Of a DNA stretch of 64,000 nucleotides, positions 12,198-24,547 are shown piece by piece. Positions within the stretch are counted from its first letter, which is position 1. Each line of letters opens with the position of its first letter. The stretch comes from Takakia lepidozioides. Lineage: Eukaryota; Plantae; Bryophyta. A model generated the notes under the pieces. The model was not told the origin of the DNA, made no database searches, and saw only the letters and a list, made by a program, of their open reading frames with translations. A program made the translations under genes and the position numbers. Location of the stretch: positions 45,694,001 through 45,758,000 of the forward strand of contig CM060733.1 in assembly GCA_030704615.1 (NCBI GenBank). The letters are read 5' to 3'.

Positions 12198-13729
12198 AAA
12201 TTTCAAACCTCCATCGGTGACACTGATATTTATGTTGCAATTTGTAAGGTTCCCCGAAAACTGGTGCCCTATGTAAGTTCGTAAAGAACTGAAAGAGGCC
12301 AACTTACGTGAGACATGTTTTTCTTCCATGTGCTCAAGTTCTTCAGAATGAGCGGATCATCCCAGAAGTCCTCATCAGTTGACTGACAACCTTTACTTGA
12401 CTGCATTGCATTCTCAGAAACATTGGCCAAAGGTTCCTTGCACCGCCACGAGTTGACAAAGAGGGTAGGTTTTTCTATGTTGCTGGCAACATGGGCAGTA
12501 TGGTAGCCACCCCCTACCAGCACCATAGACACGGGGACAAAGGCCGCTTAAATGTCTTCAGCACAGTGCAAATAGTAGGATTGTTGAATAGTATAATACG
12601 AGCTGTTTAGTGGATCTCTTCATATATGTCTTGAGCTGGATGGGAAAGGACAATGACTACAAATGTAGCATGTTGTTGAATTTGTTCCCTAAACTTAATA
12701 TAAGAACCGTTCGTTCTACGCTGAAAAAATTATACAAATTTACAACAAATGGCAAAAATAGGTTAAAATGTCTCATTTTCTTAGGGCATGCGTAATAAGT
12801 TAGAAATTACGACTGGAACCGGCATTGTCACGACGTCAGCAAGGTGCCAGGTTCCATCCGGAATCAAGCCGATTGATGACGTGTTGATTGTTTATTGCAT
12901 AACAAAAATACTCGTGGATGAATTTCGTAGGGTCCACATACACTAACGAAAATTGAAGATTTCTACTACAGATGGAGTCTTCCCTCTCTCTCTACTGGAA
13001 GTTGAACCTGAGATGTGGCACAGTTAAAGATGATGGTTGCCGTGTGAGGCAAGTGAGGTGAATTGACTTGGACTGCCCGCCTCACCTTCTTTGCACCTTC
13101 CTGCCATGGGGAGGTCACTGTTCAAAAGGGGGTGCTTGTCAGACTTGTTTGACAACAAGCCGGTTGGTGTTTGGTATAGAAATTTATACCTGAGATGGAT
13201 TGTGTTGCTGTACAGACATCGTTGTTTGATCACTTTTGAGCACTCTTGAGCACTTGTCAGAATTCTCTTCTGTGGTTGGTATTCCAGTGGATGCATGAAG
13301 GATTGTGCTGCTCTACAGACATTCTTTGGGCACGTTTGAGCTGTGAGCACTCTTGCGTACTCCACAGAAAACTTTCGTGTGGTTGGTGATCATCTAGGTT
13401 TTGCAGTTCTCAATCTGGTTAAGTTGGATTTAGTATTCTGTCTATGCACACCATTCCTTCGACGTTCTGAGCAATTCATTTGGTGAGAAATATTCGTCGT
13501 TGTCGGTATTGCGGATCCAAGCTTTTTTTGTCCTTCACACATTCTAAAATACGTAAGAGTCTGAGCGCGTTCATCACGTATCACTATCTCACAGCTCACA
13601 GCTTTGTCCACATTGGGAGCTCTTATGGCCGGAAGGCAAGACATCACACAGAGGGAACAGTTATCGACGATTACATGATGCTTCAGAGATTCACTTTGGA
13701 CTCTTGGGGGCCTACATGGCCTATCTGGC

Positions 13730-14948
13730 ATGGAGGGGCACACATATGCAAAGCTCATGTCAGTTTGTCGGAATTATAACGATATGCAATCTGGGCTGCA
13801 ACAATGCACGGTGGTCTTGGACGATAACATTTGGGGTGAGCTCCCAAATCAGATCTTAGACAGGATTCCCGCTTTTGCGCCTCTTCGAAGTTGTCTTCGC
13901 ATGCAATCAGATTGTAAGAGATGGCAATCCCTCATCTATTCCCGCAGTTTTATGGGTCTTGTATCTTCGTTTGACTCGCATTTGCCTGCTCCATGGCTGA
14001 TTGGAGTGACTTTAGGCACGTTTTTGTCCAAAAAAACCTACAATCCCAACCTTAACAACTGGGGTCCGCTACCATTGTTCATTCCAAAGGATTCGATCAA
14101 TATCGAGGGAACTGTAGGAGGGTTGCTGTTGCTTAGAGTCAAGTCGGACACGGGCTTGAATGTCTACCTTGTGAGTAACCCAATGACGAAATCTGAATTG
14201 GAGTTGCCTCCTATACACTTGACCCATTCTACTTCAACCATGATGGTTGATAAGGATAAGAAAAGGTTTTCCATATTTTCACTTGGCAGGACGGCGGCAT
14301 CAGATTTGAAGGAGAATGAAGTTTCATTGGAGGTGTACGAATCCTGGAGTAATAGCTGGGAGCCGTTGGGCAATGTGGATCCTAACCTACTATGCTGCTC
14401 TTCGGAAGCCTTAAATTTCTAGTTGCAGGATCTAATTGTTTGTGGAGACTATTTGTACTGTCTGTATAACACTGCTACTCTGGTTTTTGACATTCAGAAA
14501 CGGGTTTGGTGCATGATTGGATTTCCATTGCTGCCTCCAGGGTGTAAGTTTGCAAGGCACAATGTCACTCAGTACTTGATGGAGCGGGGAGGGGGCCAAC
14601 TGCTGCTGGTGTCAGGAGTGACACAACAAGAACAGAGTCCCTGTAAGCAAAGCATCACGATTTGGGAACTAAGAAAGCCGAGCATGACTTGGACGGAAGT
14701 TGGAAAAGCTCCAGATGAAATCTACCAAGTCTTCAAAGAGTTCTTTACTACCGATAGTGATGAATTGAAGTGTTTGGGTCACAACGATGTTGTATTCTTT
14801 GTGATCAGAGAGATGGTGCTGGTGCATGACTTGTAGAGAAAAACTTGGCAACTTGCACACCCCCCCCCCTCCTCCCTTTATCAATCGCAGACACTTGGGA
14901 GGCAGGAGTTGGAACTGGTTTTCCTTTGATCCTGATTGGAGTGTGACA
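13730..14948 (+). pseudogene. F-box/kelch-like protein gene with an in-frame stop and a 3' frameshift
   Basis: F-box IWGELPNQILDRIPAFAPLRSCLRMQSDCKRWQSLI; GGLL, NPMTK, EVYESWSNSW motifs. TAG at 14420-14422 with the same frame continuing; frame break near 14830. Confidence 0.75.
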
Positions 14949-16645
14949 GTCTGAGAGGAGTGTGATGCTCTTGACGTTATTGGGGTAAACGTCTTGAAGT
15001 GTTTTCTTGTTTTCATGTTCAGATAACCGGGAAGCTCTCATTAGTGTGTTTTTGGGTCACCTCTCTACAAGACTTATGCCATGGACAAACAAGAACTGCA
15101 TCAGATTTTACCCACTGCATTTTTTACCAGGAGAAGCATGGTGCACATCATCATTAGAACTATCATCAGATTCTGTTTCACCCTTTGGTATGGCAACTAG
15201 CTCTGCTTTCTATCTGACTCTCAATCCAAAGGGGGTACCAAAGAAACCAAGGGGGTACTGCAGTTGAGCAGTGATAGATTTAACCCAATGCCTCATATCA
15301 ATTAGTAACCACCATTGAAGCTCAGTGCTTCACACAACAGGCCACAACAAGGAACTCAAACACAATGTCTTTAGCAGATCTACCCTGAGTCTTATTGAGG
15401 ACTGCTATTGTAGTCTTCCCAATATAACCTCTTCCTCACATTTTTACAGGCAGTGTCAGCTTGTCAGCCAGAGTTCAAGTGCTGGATTGAACACTTCATT
15501 TTTCAGTATGATGTCTATACCAGTGCTCAATTCCATCTAAACCCCGTGAGATGTAGTCCAGTGCCATGACCCTTTAGTTCCATACCCGGGGAAATACTAC
15601 ATCCAGGAGGGCTCATAGCTGCAGGGGACTATCACGAAAGGGTTCGCAGGGTTCACCGCCCCAAAACTTGCACGGCGGTCAGTGAGTGTGCATCTTTTTC
15701 TCCCTCAAGGTTACTGGCAATTGCCCTGTCACAGCTGTGGGAGCTATCCTCTACATTCCATTAAGGAGTGAGCCCAAAATGCATTTTGCACGTATGGAAC
15801 ATGCAGCGAGATAAATATTCCTTAGCCATGCGCGAGCCCTGCCATAGTTCTCACCCTCACATGAAACCTGCTGGGTATTTCCCAAAAAAACAGTGCATAT
15901 GGCGCAAGGGCTATGGTTGTAAGCAAAGCCGTGCAAAGTAAAAGCTCTCCCAATACTTGGTAAAGAAAAGAAACATGACACGAAATTTTGATATTTCAAT
16001 GGATGAAGGAGATGATGGTAGCAGGAGAGGGGTCTCACAGGTGGGTAGAAGGACAGTATGAAGCCTGGATCTGTCCGAGCGCACATAAATTTGAGATCTT
16101 AAAAATCCATAAAGAATTGCATTTTCATGGCTTTCCCGGGAGACTGGGACACCATCACTTGCAAGAGTGGTGCGCCAGGCATTGCCAGGCCGGATGCCCA
16201 TTTCAGCTCCACAACTTGCCCCTTAGAAAGGACCCTTTTGGAAAACCTTGAATCAAGACACTTGCTCAATATTCATGTGAGCATCCGAACTTGCCACTTT
16301 TAATGCACAAATTAGGCCCAATCAATCCTATCTACCTCCGTTCTTCTTTGCTTTTCTCCGAGTCACCATTTCAGTTTCTCGTTCCTTAGCTTCGTCTGCG
16401 TTTCAGCCGTTCAGTGAACACTGATCGAGGAGAATGTCGACTGAAAGAAGACCCGGAGGATCGTCTCGGGTAGGCAGGTGATTCGGGGGGGGGGGGGCCG
16501 GATCAGAAATCACCCGGGTATGTTTTCCTTTTTGAATACAAAACATTTTTCAAAAGTAGTTTGAATTATGAAAGTGTGTTCCCAAGCTCAAATTCAAATC
16601 ACAAACGTTTGGAAGTGAGAGAGATAAGAAGGGGTGATGGGGAGG

Positions 16646-18004
16646 TCACGGAGAGGTGAGCATGTCTTCCTCATCAAAGCTGCGGGCAAGCAGAAGCTTC
16701 TCAATGTTGGCCTCCAGCTCGGCTCCAATGTTGCACTTCTTGAGATCAAGCTGTTTGATTTTCTTTGCTGCCACAAGACCCGTGTAGACGATTTGGCCAC
16801 CTGCAGGCCCGATGCCGGGGTTTGCGGAAGCATCCAGAGCGGTGAGAGCAGACTGGGGTAAGTGAAGGAGCTTGGACAATGCTTCTACACTATCTTCGTT
16901 CATCCCACAACTCGACATACTCAGTTTTTGGATTGTTTGGTTGTCCATCATGTAGTCGTAAATGCGGTGGCCACCATAGTCAGAGAGGTCATTGTGGCGT
17001 AGATTGAGGGAAAGCAAGACTTTGTTGCAACGTATGGAGAACCCCAACGTCCTCGTTCCCACTTTTGCGATTTTATTTTTGCAAAGGTTCAGGAACATGA
17101 GAACTGTGTTAGGAGCATCGATTACTTTTGCAAGCGCAACACATCCCGCATCCGAGATCAAGTTGTGGGACAGGTCTAGGCTGACCACGGTCGGATTAGC
17201 TGCCATGCCCGTGCAAAGTATGTCCAACTTTTCATCAGTCAGTAAATTGGAAGATAAGTTAAGATCAGTGAGAGTGGCGGTAACAGAAAGTGCCGCCGAC
17301 ATGGAAACACAATCGGAGCGCTTCATTCCATAGCGCATTATGTCATAATCCATGCATGAATTGGGGCACCCATACTCCAGCTTCACTGCTGACAACTCAT
17401 TCGGAATCATATCAAGGATGATGAGAAGTTGCAAGTGGGATGGCAGCTGACAACACTCTATATTGTGCAAATACTTGGCACTAATTTCTAGCAGCATTCG
17501 TAGATCTTCCTCTCGCTCACTAGTATATTCAAACCTTGCCAGAGCATCGTCAAGATTGCGCTCAAAAAATAACTGCTTCCAAGAGTCACCATGGGCCGCC
17601 TTATCGCAGTTGCGCCACTGCAAGCTCGCTCTTCGCTTCCAATAGTCATCTTCAACAATCAACGGAGCACAAAGCTCCAAAGGCAAGTCCAATGCCAGTT
17701 CAGCGACAATTCTTCCTCGAATTGCAGTGGGAATGTCGCCCAACAAAGGATACTCTTTGAAATTGGCTGCCATGATTGGCACCAATAGATCAACCAGAGT
17801 GGGCTTGAAATACACATTTGGCAAGTGCACCCCATCTTTCCAAATGTACTCTGATCCTTGAGGCTCCTTCAGAGGTGGTGGTGGTGGTGGTGTATCCGAT
17901 GCGGCGCTTGCAGGTGGTGTATCTAAGGGTGCTGTTGAGGCCCGGGGTGTAGTTGTTGGTGTTGCTCCGGGAACTGCTAAGCTCGCTGGTGCGGGTTGTG
18001 CCAT
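16646..18004 (-). CDS. DRC5: Dynein regulatory complex subunit 5 (TCTE1-like LRR protein), single-exon 452-aa ORF
   Basis: LPLELCAPLIVEDDYWKRR...HGDSWKQLFFERNL followed by RI-like LRRs (LNLSSNLLTD, LDLSHNLISD, LNLRHNDLSD), the pattern recalled for TCTE1/DRC5. Confidence 0.85.
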   Translation of the reverse strand: MAQPAPASLAVPGATPTTTPRASTAPLDTPPASAASDTPPPPPPLKEPQGSEYIWKDGVHLPNVYFKPTLVDLLVPIMAANFKEYPLLGDIPTAIRGRIVAELALDLPLELCAPLIVEDDYWKRRASLQWRNCDKAAHGDSWKQLFFERNLDDALARFEYTSEREEDLRMLLEISAKYLHNIECCQLPSHLQLLIILDMIPNELSAVKLEYGCPNSCMDYDIMRYGMKRSDCVSMSAALSVTATLTDLNLSSNLLTDEKLDILCTGMAANPTVVSLDLSHNLISDAGCVALAKVIDAPNTVLMFLNLCKNKIAKVGTRTLGFSIRCNKVLLSLNLRHNDLSDYGGHRIYDYMMDNQTIQKLSMSSCGMNEDSVEALSKLLHLPQSALTALDASANPGIGPAGGQIVYTGLVAAKKIKQLDLKKCNIGAELEANIEKLLLARSFDEEDMLTSP

Positions 18005-18539
18005 TGATCTCTTTCTGATGAAGATAAACTATAAATACATGGAATGATCTGCCAGATACTGAGTTTCGTCTGTTTCTCAATTCTTGCACATGTCGATAGA
18101 CTATGGACACGGACCTTCGCAAAAATTGACATGTAAACAAAAACTACGTAATTGTGGGATCTTTTTGGTGGATTGGGGTGTTGGATATCATTGCAGTAAC
18201 TCCATGTGTCTCATAGCAACAGCTAATGCGTCCGAGGTAGTGAATGAAACCGTTAGAGACTAGCCGAATTAATGACCACGATATGTCCATCTTTCCCTAG
18301 ATGTAATATATGTAAAACCAGTAATCCAACTTTCAAATTTTGCTTGGTCATGCTATTGAGACCCATCGTGCTGGTCTATCATTCTCTGCCCACTTTCAAC
18401 TACACTTTGCAGGTTGTGGTCGACCACATATTGTAGTAGTTCAGTTAATCATGAGAATTAGTCTAACCGCTGTTATGTTTGTTCCCGTTTGTTTCCTCTC
18501 CTCTGTGGACCAAACTAAAATAGAATCAAGCAAGATCGA

Positions 18540-18790
18540 ATGTGCAACTAGCAGGATTACCCTGGGTTCGGCCCAAGGGCGCATTCAAATCCATCTTGGA
18601 AACACCTTGGTGAGTGAAGCATTAATCATTCCTTTGGACTAGCAGAGTCAATGGACAACGTTATAATCTAAAGTTCTCTTTCATTTCAAGAATAAGAGAT
18701 CAACCCACCACTCGAACTCACAGACAAATGAAGCTACTTAGAATCCTCATACTCTCTCATCTAGTACAGTTCAAACTCAGATGTACACGG
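18540..18790 (+). repeat. Dispersed repeat, probably an LTR fragment; inverted homologue at 39943-40200
   Basis: ccatcttggaaacacc...ctagtacagttcaaactca matches the reverse complement of 39943-40200 with scattered differences. Confidence 0.75.
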
Positions 18791-19499
18791 TACTCATGTC
18801 CCGAGATCCTACTCAAGCTCCCAGACTTGTACTTCTGAGCAAAAGATATGTTGAGTGGGAAACCACTTGTAGAGAAAAGACAGAGAGAAACACATTGGTG
18901 AGCAATCCAGTCGTCTCTCTCCCCATTGTAACCGCCTCTGCGAAAGGTTGCTGTACTCCAGACCCTTCATATCCATTCTTGCCTCTTGGAGATCAAATTC
19001 AGCCGAATTGTGTTGTAGAGTGACAAGCTACAATTCAAATTCAGGATTCCAGTGAACGCATGCATAGAACCGTCCCAACCATGTCACACCACCAACGTTT
19101 TTAACCTATTTATGTATTGTTCGATGTTTCTAATTATTTTTGTTTCATGAGCGAATGTACACTGGAATATTCGTAAACTATTCTCAGAATATCGTAGAAT
19201 AATGCTATTCTCACAAAGTTGGCTCTACACCGCGAAATTTATTTATTTATTTAATTTTTTTGTAGAACACAGTCACGTTGGCCTTGGAAATTTTATTAAA
19301 AAGGTAAGGAAAAAATAACCTTACAAAAAGATAATACCCCTGGCCCTGAGAGACTCCCAAACAAGGTAAAAAAAGAAGAAAAAAGAAAATAAAAGATTTT
19401 CAGTATATGAAGCAAGGTAGTTTGTTTGTTTTATTTTGTTTTTTTTGTTTGTCTTGTAGCGTTGAGATCTCCAAACCGCGGCCCGGTGGTGCTTGGTAC

Positions 19500-20060
19500 T
19501 GTTGGAAAGCCCTCGATGAGGAGGGGTGCACCGACTTGGTCATGTGATTTTTGGGGGTGCAGTGTTGGAGGTCAAATTTCAAGTACTTTTGGTCGTTGGA
19601 AATTCGTGAAAAATAGCAAAGTGGGATTTCCTGGAGCAATGATTGGATATATTACTACTCAATATTCTTTAAACATTAGTTCATTCATGTACCACATTCT
19701 TTGTAACTAAACAAACATCTAACTTCATTTTAGTATATCGATTTCAATTCTTCACACTGGAGGAGACACACTTGGATACATAGGGGATTGTACTTGGACT
19801 GAGATGACACTGGACACTTGGGCCAATGACAGAGGCTAAGCCGGATAGCCCTTGATGAGGAGGGGTGCACCGACATGGTCTCATAATTTTTGGACATGCA
19901 ATGTAGGAGATATAGAATTTCAAGTACTTTTGGTCGCTGGAAATCCGTCAAAATGGGCTTTCCTAGAACAACGACGTGGAGATCTCCCAAACTGCAAGGT
20001 ATCTGGATACATACAAGATTGCACTTGGACTTAGATGACACTGGACGCTTGGGCCATCGG
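19500..20060. repeat. Degenerate local duplication (TE relic)
   Basis: gccct(c/t)gatgaggaggggtgcaccgac at ~19509 and ~19848; ttggactt(g)agatgacactggac at ~19793 and ~20024. Confidence 0.6.
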
Positions 20061-20299
20061 CAGCCTACCCTAGTTATTCTTGACGGAAGGGTCACAAATA
20101 AAACTTTTAAACCTTTAAATGCCAAAGCGCTTGGCACCACTTTTCATCCATTGCATTCGGTGCAGGCCTCATAACGGAGTAACGCGAAGCCCTAGTTTAT
20201 AATGCAACAAAGAACATTAAATCTCACATTGATTGGTAATCCAGTTGGTTAAGTGCATAATATTTTACTTACGCAGTTCGGGGTTCAAACCCATTGCGT

Positions 20300-20442
20300 T
20301 ACCCTTCTTCGTGTGTGGATTGTTCGTGGCGGTCCTCAATAGCTTAAATCGTTGAATGTTACTCCCAGGATTTTTTCTCTCTTCAAAGCAGACGAAAAAA
20401 TGTTAAGGGGCTGATCTGAAACAATCCACACGAACAGGGGTA
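20300..20442. mobile_element. Small MITE-like inverted-repeat element
   Basis: tacccttcttcgtgtgtggattgtt ... aacaatccacacgaacaggggta; ~24-bp imperfect TIRs bounded by TA. Confidence 0.55.
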
Positions 20443-21843
20443 GTAATATTACAGTCTTACATTAAACTACGTCCATTCATCGGAGTGGCAACACCCCTTG
20501 CTTTAAGGGGAAACCTTTTGGCAGAACTACTTGAGCAATCTATTTTGGTGATGGAAGCCTCAAACCATCACTCCAGCTGCTCTTGTCAGGAATAACCTAC
20601 CCATGTTGCACAAGTGCAAAGTTACTTGCACTCAGGAACCCTTCAGAATAGTATTCAGTTGTGGAGGCACAGTAGGACGAATTCTGAGAACTACGTTCAA
20701 TTTGCACAAAAAGGGGTGGGCCATCCCCATGGTGTTGCATCTGTTTATTGTTCAAAGGTAGGCTCCCCACCCTTAGTTTAAATTTCAGTCCACTGCCAAC
20801 TGTATGTTGGCCCTTCCGATCATACTTTTAAGGTCTTCATGCTCAACTTCATTTTCTGCCTCTCCCGCGAAGCCTGTTTAACATGCCGGTCTTCCTTCCA
20901 ATAAATTATCACAATTAGAATTAGATCGACATCAACCTAGTTTAACCCCTAAACGCCGGCAGACCTCCGTTGACTCTTTATTTGCAATTGGTGTAGATTT
21001 CAAATCGTTTATTTGGTCTGCCTCTCCGCATTAACATTTTGTTTTTCCATATTATTTGAAGTTATACATATGCCCAAGTTTTTATTGTTTATTGTGGACA
21101 TTAGCGTTTTGATATAATAAATCCATTCTTTAAAAAAAAAAATTGTCTGCATAAACTCAGTGACAAATATTATTGTTTTGAACAAAAGGTGTCTTGATAG
21201 AAAGTACTGATGCGGATATGGGTATTTCTCTTCAAAATTGAAGGTAGTTTGTTATATGAGCTTTCATGAATATGTTCAAAAGAAACCCACCTTCTTTCTT
21301 TCTTCATTCGTTTGTAGGATCTCAAGGCTGGCCTTCATAATGCTCTTTTCATAATTACACAAAGCAAGCCGACCTTATTTCCTAAGCCCCCAACTTCTGT
21401 TTTAAGTGTGCTCGTATTACTCACATTGATGAAATATTCGAGTCATGTTGATGGATATTGCTACTGGAGTGAGCCCCTCACAAAGGTTTGCTCTTGTTCC
21501 GCCCAGACTAGGGGCATGGCCACAATGCTATCCCTGTGTCTTCAGGTTGCCCCGAGTTTAAATTTCAGTCTCGTGCCGAGGGTGGGTAAACCCTTGAGGT
21601 CATCCATGATGGCCTCTCCCATGTCACAGACTGGAAACAAGTTCAGAGAGGTCAGACTCAGCCTGATGAGGATACCCTTGGACATTGTAGCAGAAAACGG
21701 ATATTGTCTTTAGGCCACCCTCACATTGGGCATTGACAATCTCCCTTTCTTCTCTGCATCTTTTTGAGAAAGAGAGTTAGCACATAACAAGTAGCTCTAT
21801 AAACTATTCTATGTGTCAAATTGTTGTACAAGGACAAACAAGC

Positions 21844-23696
21844 TCATGTGAAATATGATGGCACATACAGCTTGTTGTTAGGCATTGGTAAAATGCAGAG
21901 AGAACATTTTGCTGCTCGGATGGATCCACCTGCCAACTGCAGCATAGATGTTTGATAGCAACACATAAGTCGCGGCATCCTGTTCATCCCACTCGAGGAT
22001 AGATGTTGCCGCACGTTCAGCCATTTCCACATTGCCATGGATTCTACTGGCACCAAGCAAGGCCTTCCATACCACAACATCTGGATTGATTGGCATTTTA
22101 TTAATCAAGTCCACTGCCTCATCCAGTTGTTCCGCACGTCCAAGAAGGTCCACCATGCAGCCAAAGTGCTTTACTGTCGGAGTAACACCATGATCTTGAC
22201 TCAGGGAATCGAAGTATCACCTTCCTTCATTCAGTAGGCCAGTGTGGCTGCATGCAGAGAGAACACATATAAATTGGTGATACTGTCCGGCTTCAAGCCG
22301 TTCTTTTATATTCCTTCAAATAGTTGCAGGACCTCCCTATGACAACCATGCTGTGGGCATATCCTACGATCATCGCATTCCACAACACCACATTTTGTTG
22401 TCAAATACTCCCTTTGCATCCTCAATGCACCCCTTCCCCCATCATTTGCTCATAGGTCTCCAAGTCCTCCATCCCACGCCCCTCCTGTGCATATTTTGCA
22501 ATCATTGCACTCCACGACACCAAATTTTGTTCAGCCATACTGTCGAACACTCCCTTTGCATCCTCGATGCTCCCACATTTGGCATACATGTCCACGAGGG
22601 TATTGTCCAGAATCACATCTGGTACAAATCCAGCTTTGGCGATGCAACCATGCACCTCTTTGCCCCTTTCCAGGGCTGCCAGGCTTGCACATGCACTGCA
22701 AACGCACACAAACGTGATGGGGTCGGGCTTCACCCCTTCCCCCATCATTTGCTCATAGGTCTCCACAGTCTCCATCCCACGCCCCTGTTGTGCATATCCT
22801 GCAATCATCGCCCTCCACGACATCACATTTCGTTCAGCCATACTGTCGAACACTCCCTTTGCATCCTCGATGCACTCACATTTGACATACATGTCCAGCA
22901 GGGCAGTGTTCAGGATGACATCTGGTACAAATCCAGATGTGACGATGTCACCGTGGACCTCTTTGCACCTTTCCAGGGCTGCCAGGCTTGCACACGCATT
23001 GCAAATGCAAACAAACGTTATGCGGTCGGGCTTCACCCCTTCCCCCATCATTTGCTCATAGGTCTCTGAAGCCTCCATCCTGCGCCCTTGCTGTGCATAT
23101 CCTACAATCATCGCCCTCCACAACATCAAATCGCGTGCCATACTGTCGAAAACTCCATTTGCATCCTCGATGCACTCACATTTGACATACATGTCCAGCA
23201 GGGCAGTGTTCATAATGACATCGGGTACAATTCCAGATGTGACACCACTTTGCACATTTCCAGAGCTGCCAGGCTTGCACACGCATTGCAAATGTAAACA
23301 AACATTATGCGGTCGGGCTTCACCCCTTCCCCCATCATTTGCTCATAGGTCTCCGAAGCCTCCATCCTCGCTTTTGCTGTGCATATTCCGCAATCATCGC
23401 CCTCTACGACACCACATCTCCTTCAGCCATACTGTCGAAAACTCCCTTCATACATGTCCACGAGGCCGGTATTGTTCAGAATGACACTTGGTACAATTGT
23501 AGCTCTGATAATGTCACCATGGACCTCTTCGCCCTTTTCCAGAGCTGCTAGACTTGCACACGCATCGCAAATGCACACAAATGTGATGTGGTTGGGCTTC
23601 ACCTCGTCCCCCATCATTTGATCATAGGTCTCCAAAGCCTTCATACCACGTCCTTGCTGTGCATACCCTGCAAGCATCATCTTCCATGACACCACA
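21844..23696 (-). pseudogene. PLS-PPR pseudogene, 3' part (PLS triplets plus truncated E domain; no DYW seen)
   Basis: [27 protein letters not shown]...VWKALLGASRIHGNVEMAERA...[10 protein letters not shown]; multiple deletions and frameshifts. Confidence 0.9.
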
Positions 23697-24545
23697 CACT
23701 ACAACAGATCGCGGTATTTATAACTGTATATATGACTATTCTGTAGTCATAAACGGTACATATGACTTCTATGACTGTAAGTCGTGCAAACCAAGTCAAT
23801 ACAATGAGTATAGGATGGTACGGTCCGGATGACTACAGTCATATGAACCAAGTGATATCTCTTACTGCAGTCATATATACCATACTGCAGCCGCCGCTGC
23901 CGCGCCACGTGGCGAGGCGCAATTGATTTAAAAAATTAAATTAAATTAAATTAAAACTAAAAAACTAAAAACATATGTGAAACGCCGTATCGCACCGCAT
24001 TGTGCCATGTGGCATAATGCATTTTATAATAATGAAAAAACCACGTGGAAGTCCATCTAGGGTACCACGTGCTATCCCTAGCTCGCCTACTAACCCTAGG
24101 GCCATTTTATCCATTTGATTGTACTTGGAGGAGTTTGAACCTGCAACCTCTTTACTATAAAAGTTATAGTTCACTACCTGTTAACCAATACACCCATTAA
24201 TCATTCATATGATCATATGGTGTTTTAATTGTATTATACACACCAATTATAAAATCCCCAGTAGTCATCATGACTATGTAACCTCATCCATGTACACTGT
24301 AGTCATGGAAATAACTATGAATGGTGAGCTAAATCTGGTCAATTGCCGTTGACCAGCCTTCCGCCCATTCCGGAGCCATGTAGTCATACAGACGACTATT
24401 TAGATAGTCGTTCATATGACTACAGTCGTATGAACGACTGCAGGAGGTCAATTTCATATAAAAACATGGTGCAATCATGGTCAAAGTCATGAAAACCATG
24501 ACTACCACGGTTTGGCAGTTATAACTATCGCGATCTGTTGTAGTG
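23697..24545. mobile_element. Non-autonomous CACTA (En/Spm) element
   Basis: TIRs CACTACAACAGATCGCG / CGCGATCTGTTGTAGTG; subterminal ATGACTACAGTC-type repeats; 3-bp TSD ACA reconstructable. Confidence 0.9.
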
Positions 24546-24547
24546 AC

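Larger units (their letters stand above)
1..12200. mobile_element. Large Mutator-like (MULE) DNA transposon carrying a ParB-methyltransferase cargo gene; left end probably outside the window, right end approximate
   Basis: DDE transposase with GCM-like and SWIM domains (+) and a divergent ParB-MTase gene (-). The same 22-bp palindrome occurs from 44 to ~12100 and was not seen elsewhere in the window. TIR/TSD not identified. Confidence 0.75.

Noticed and set aside
15750-16260. L1-like LINE 3' relic
   Set aside because: Only a weak Cys pattern; too degraded to support.
21655-21705. Hammerhead ribozyme (CTGATGAG...GAAA)
   Set aside because: No convincing stem II or flanking stems by eye.
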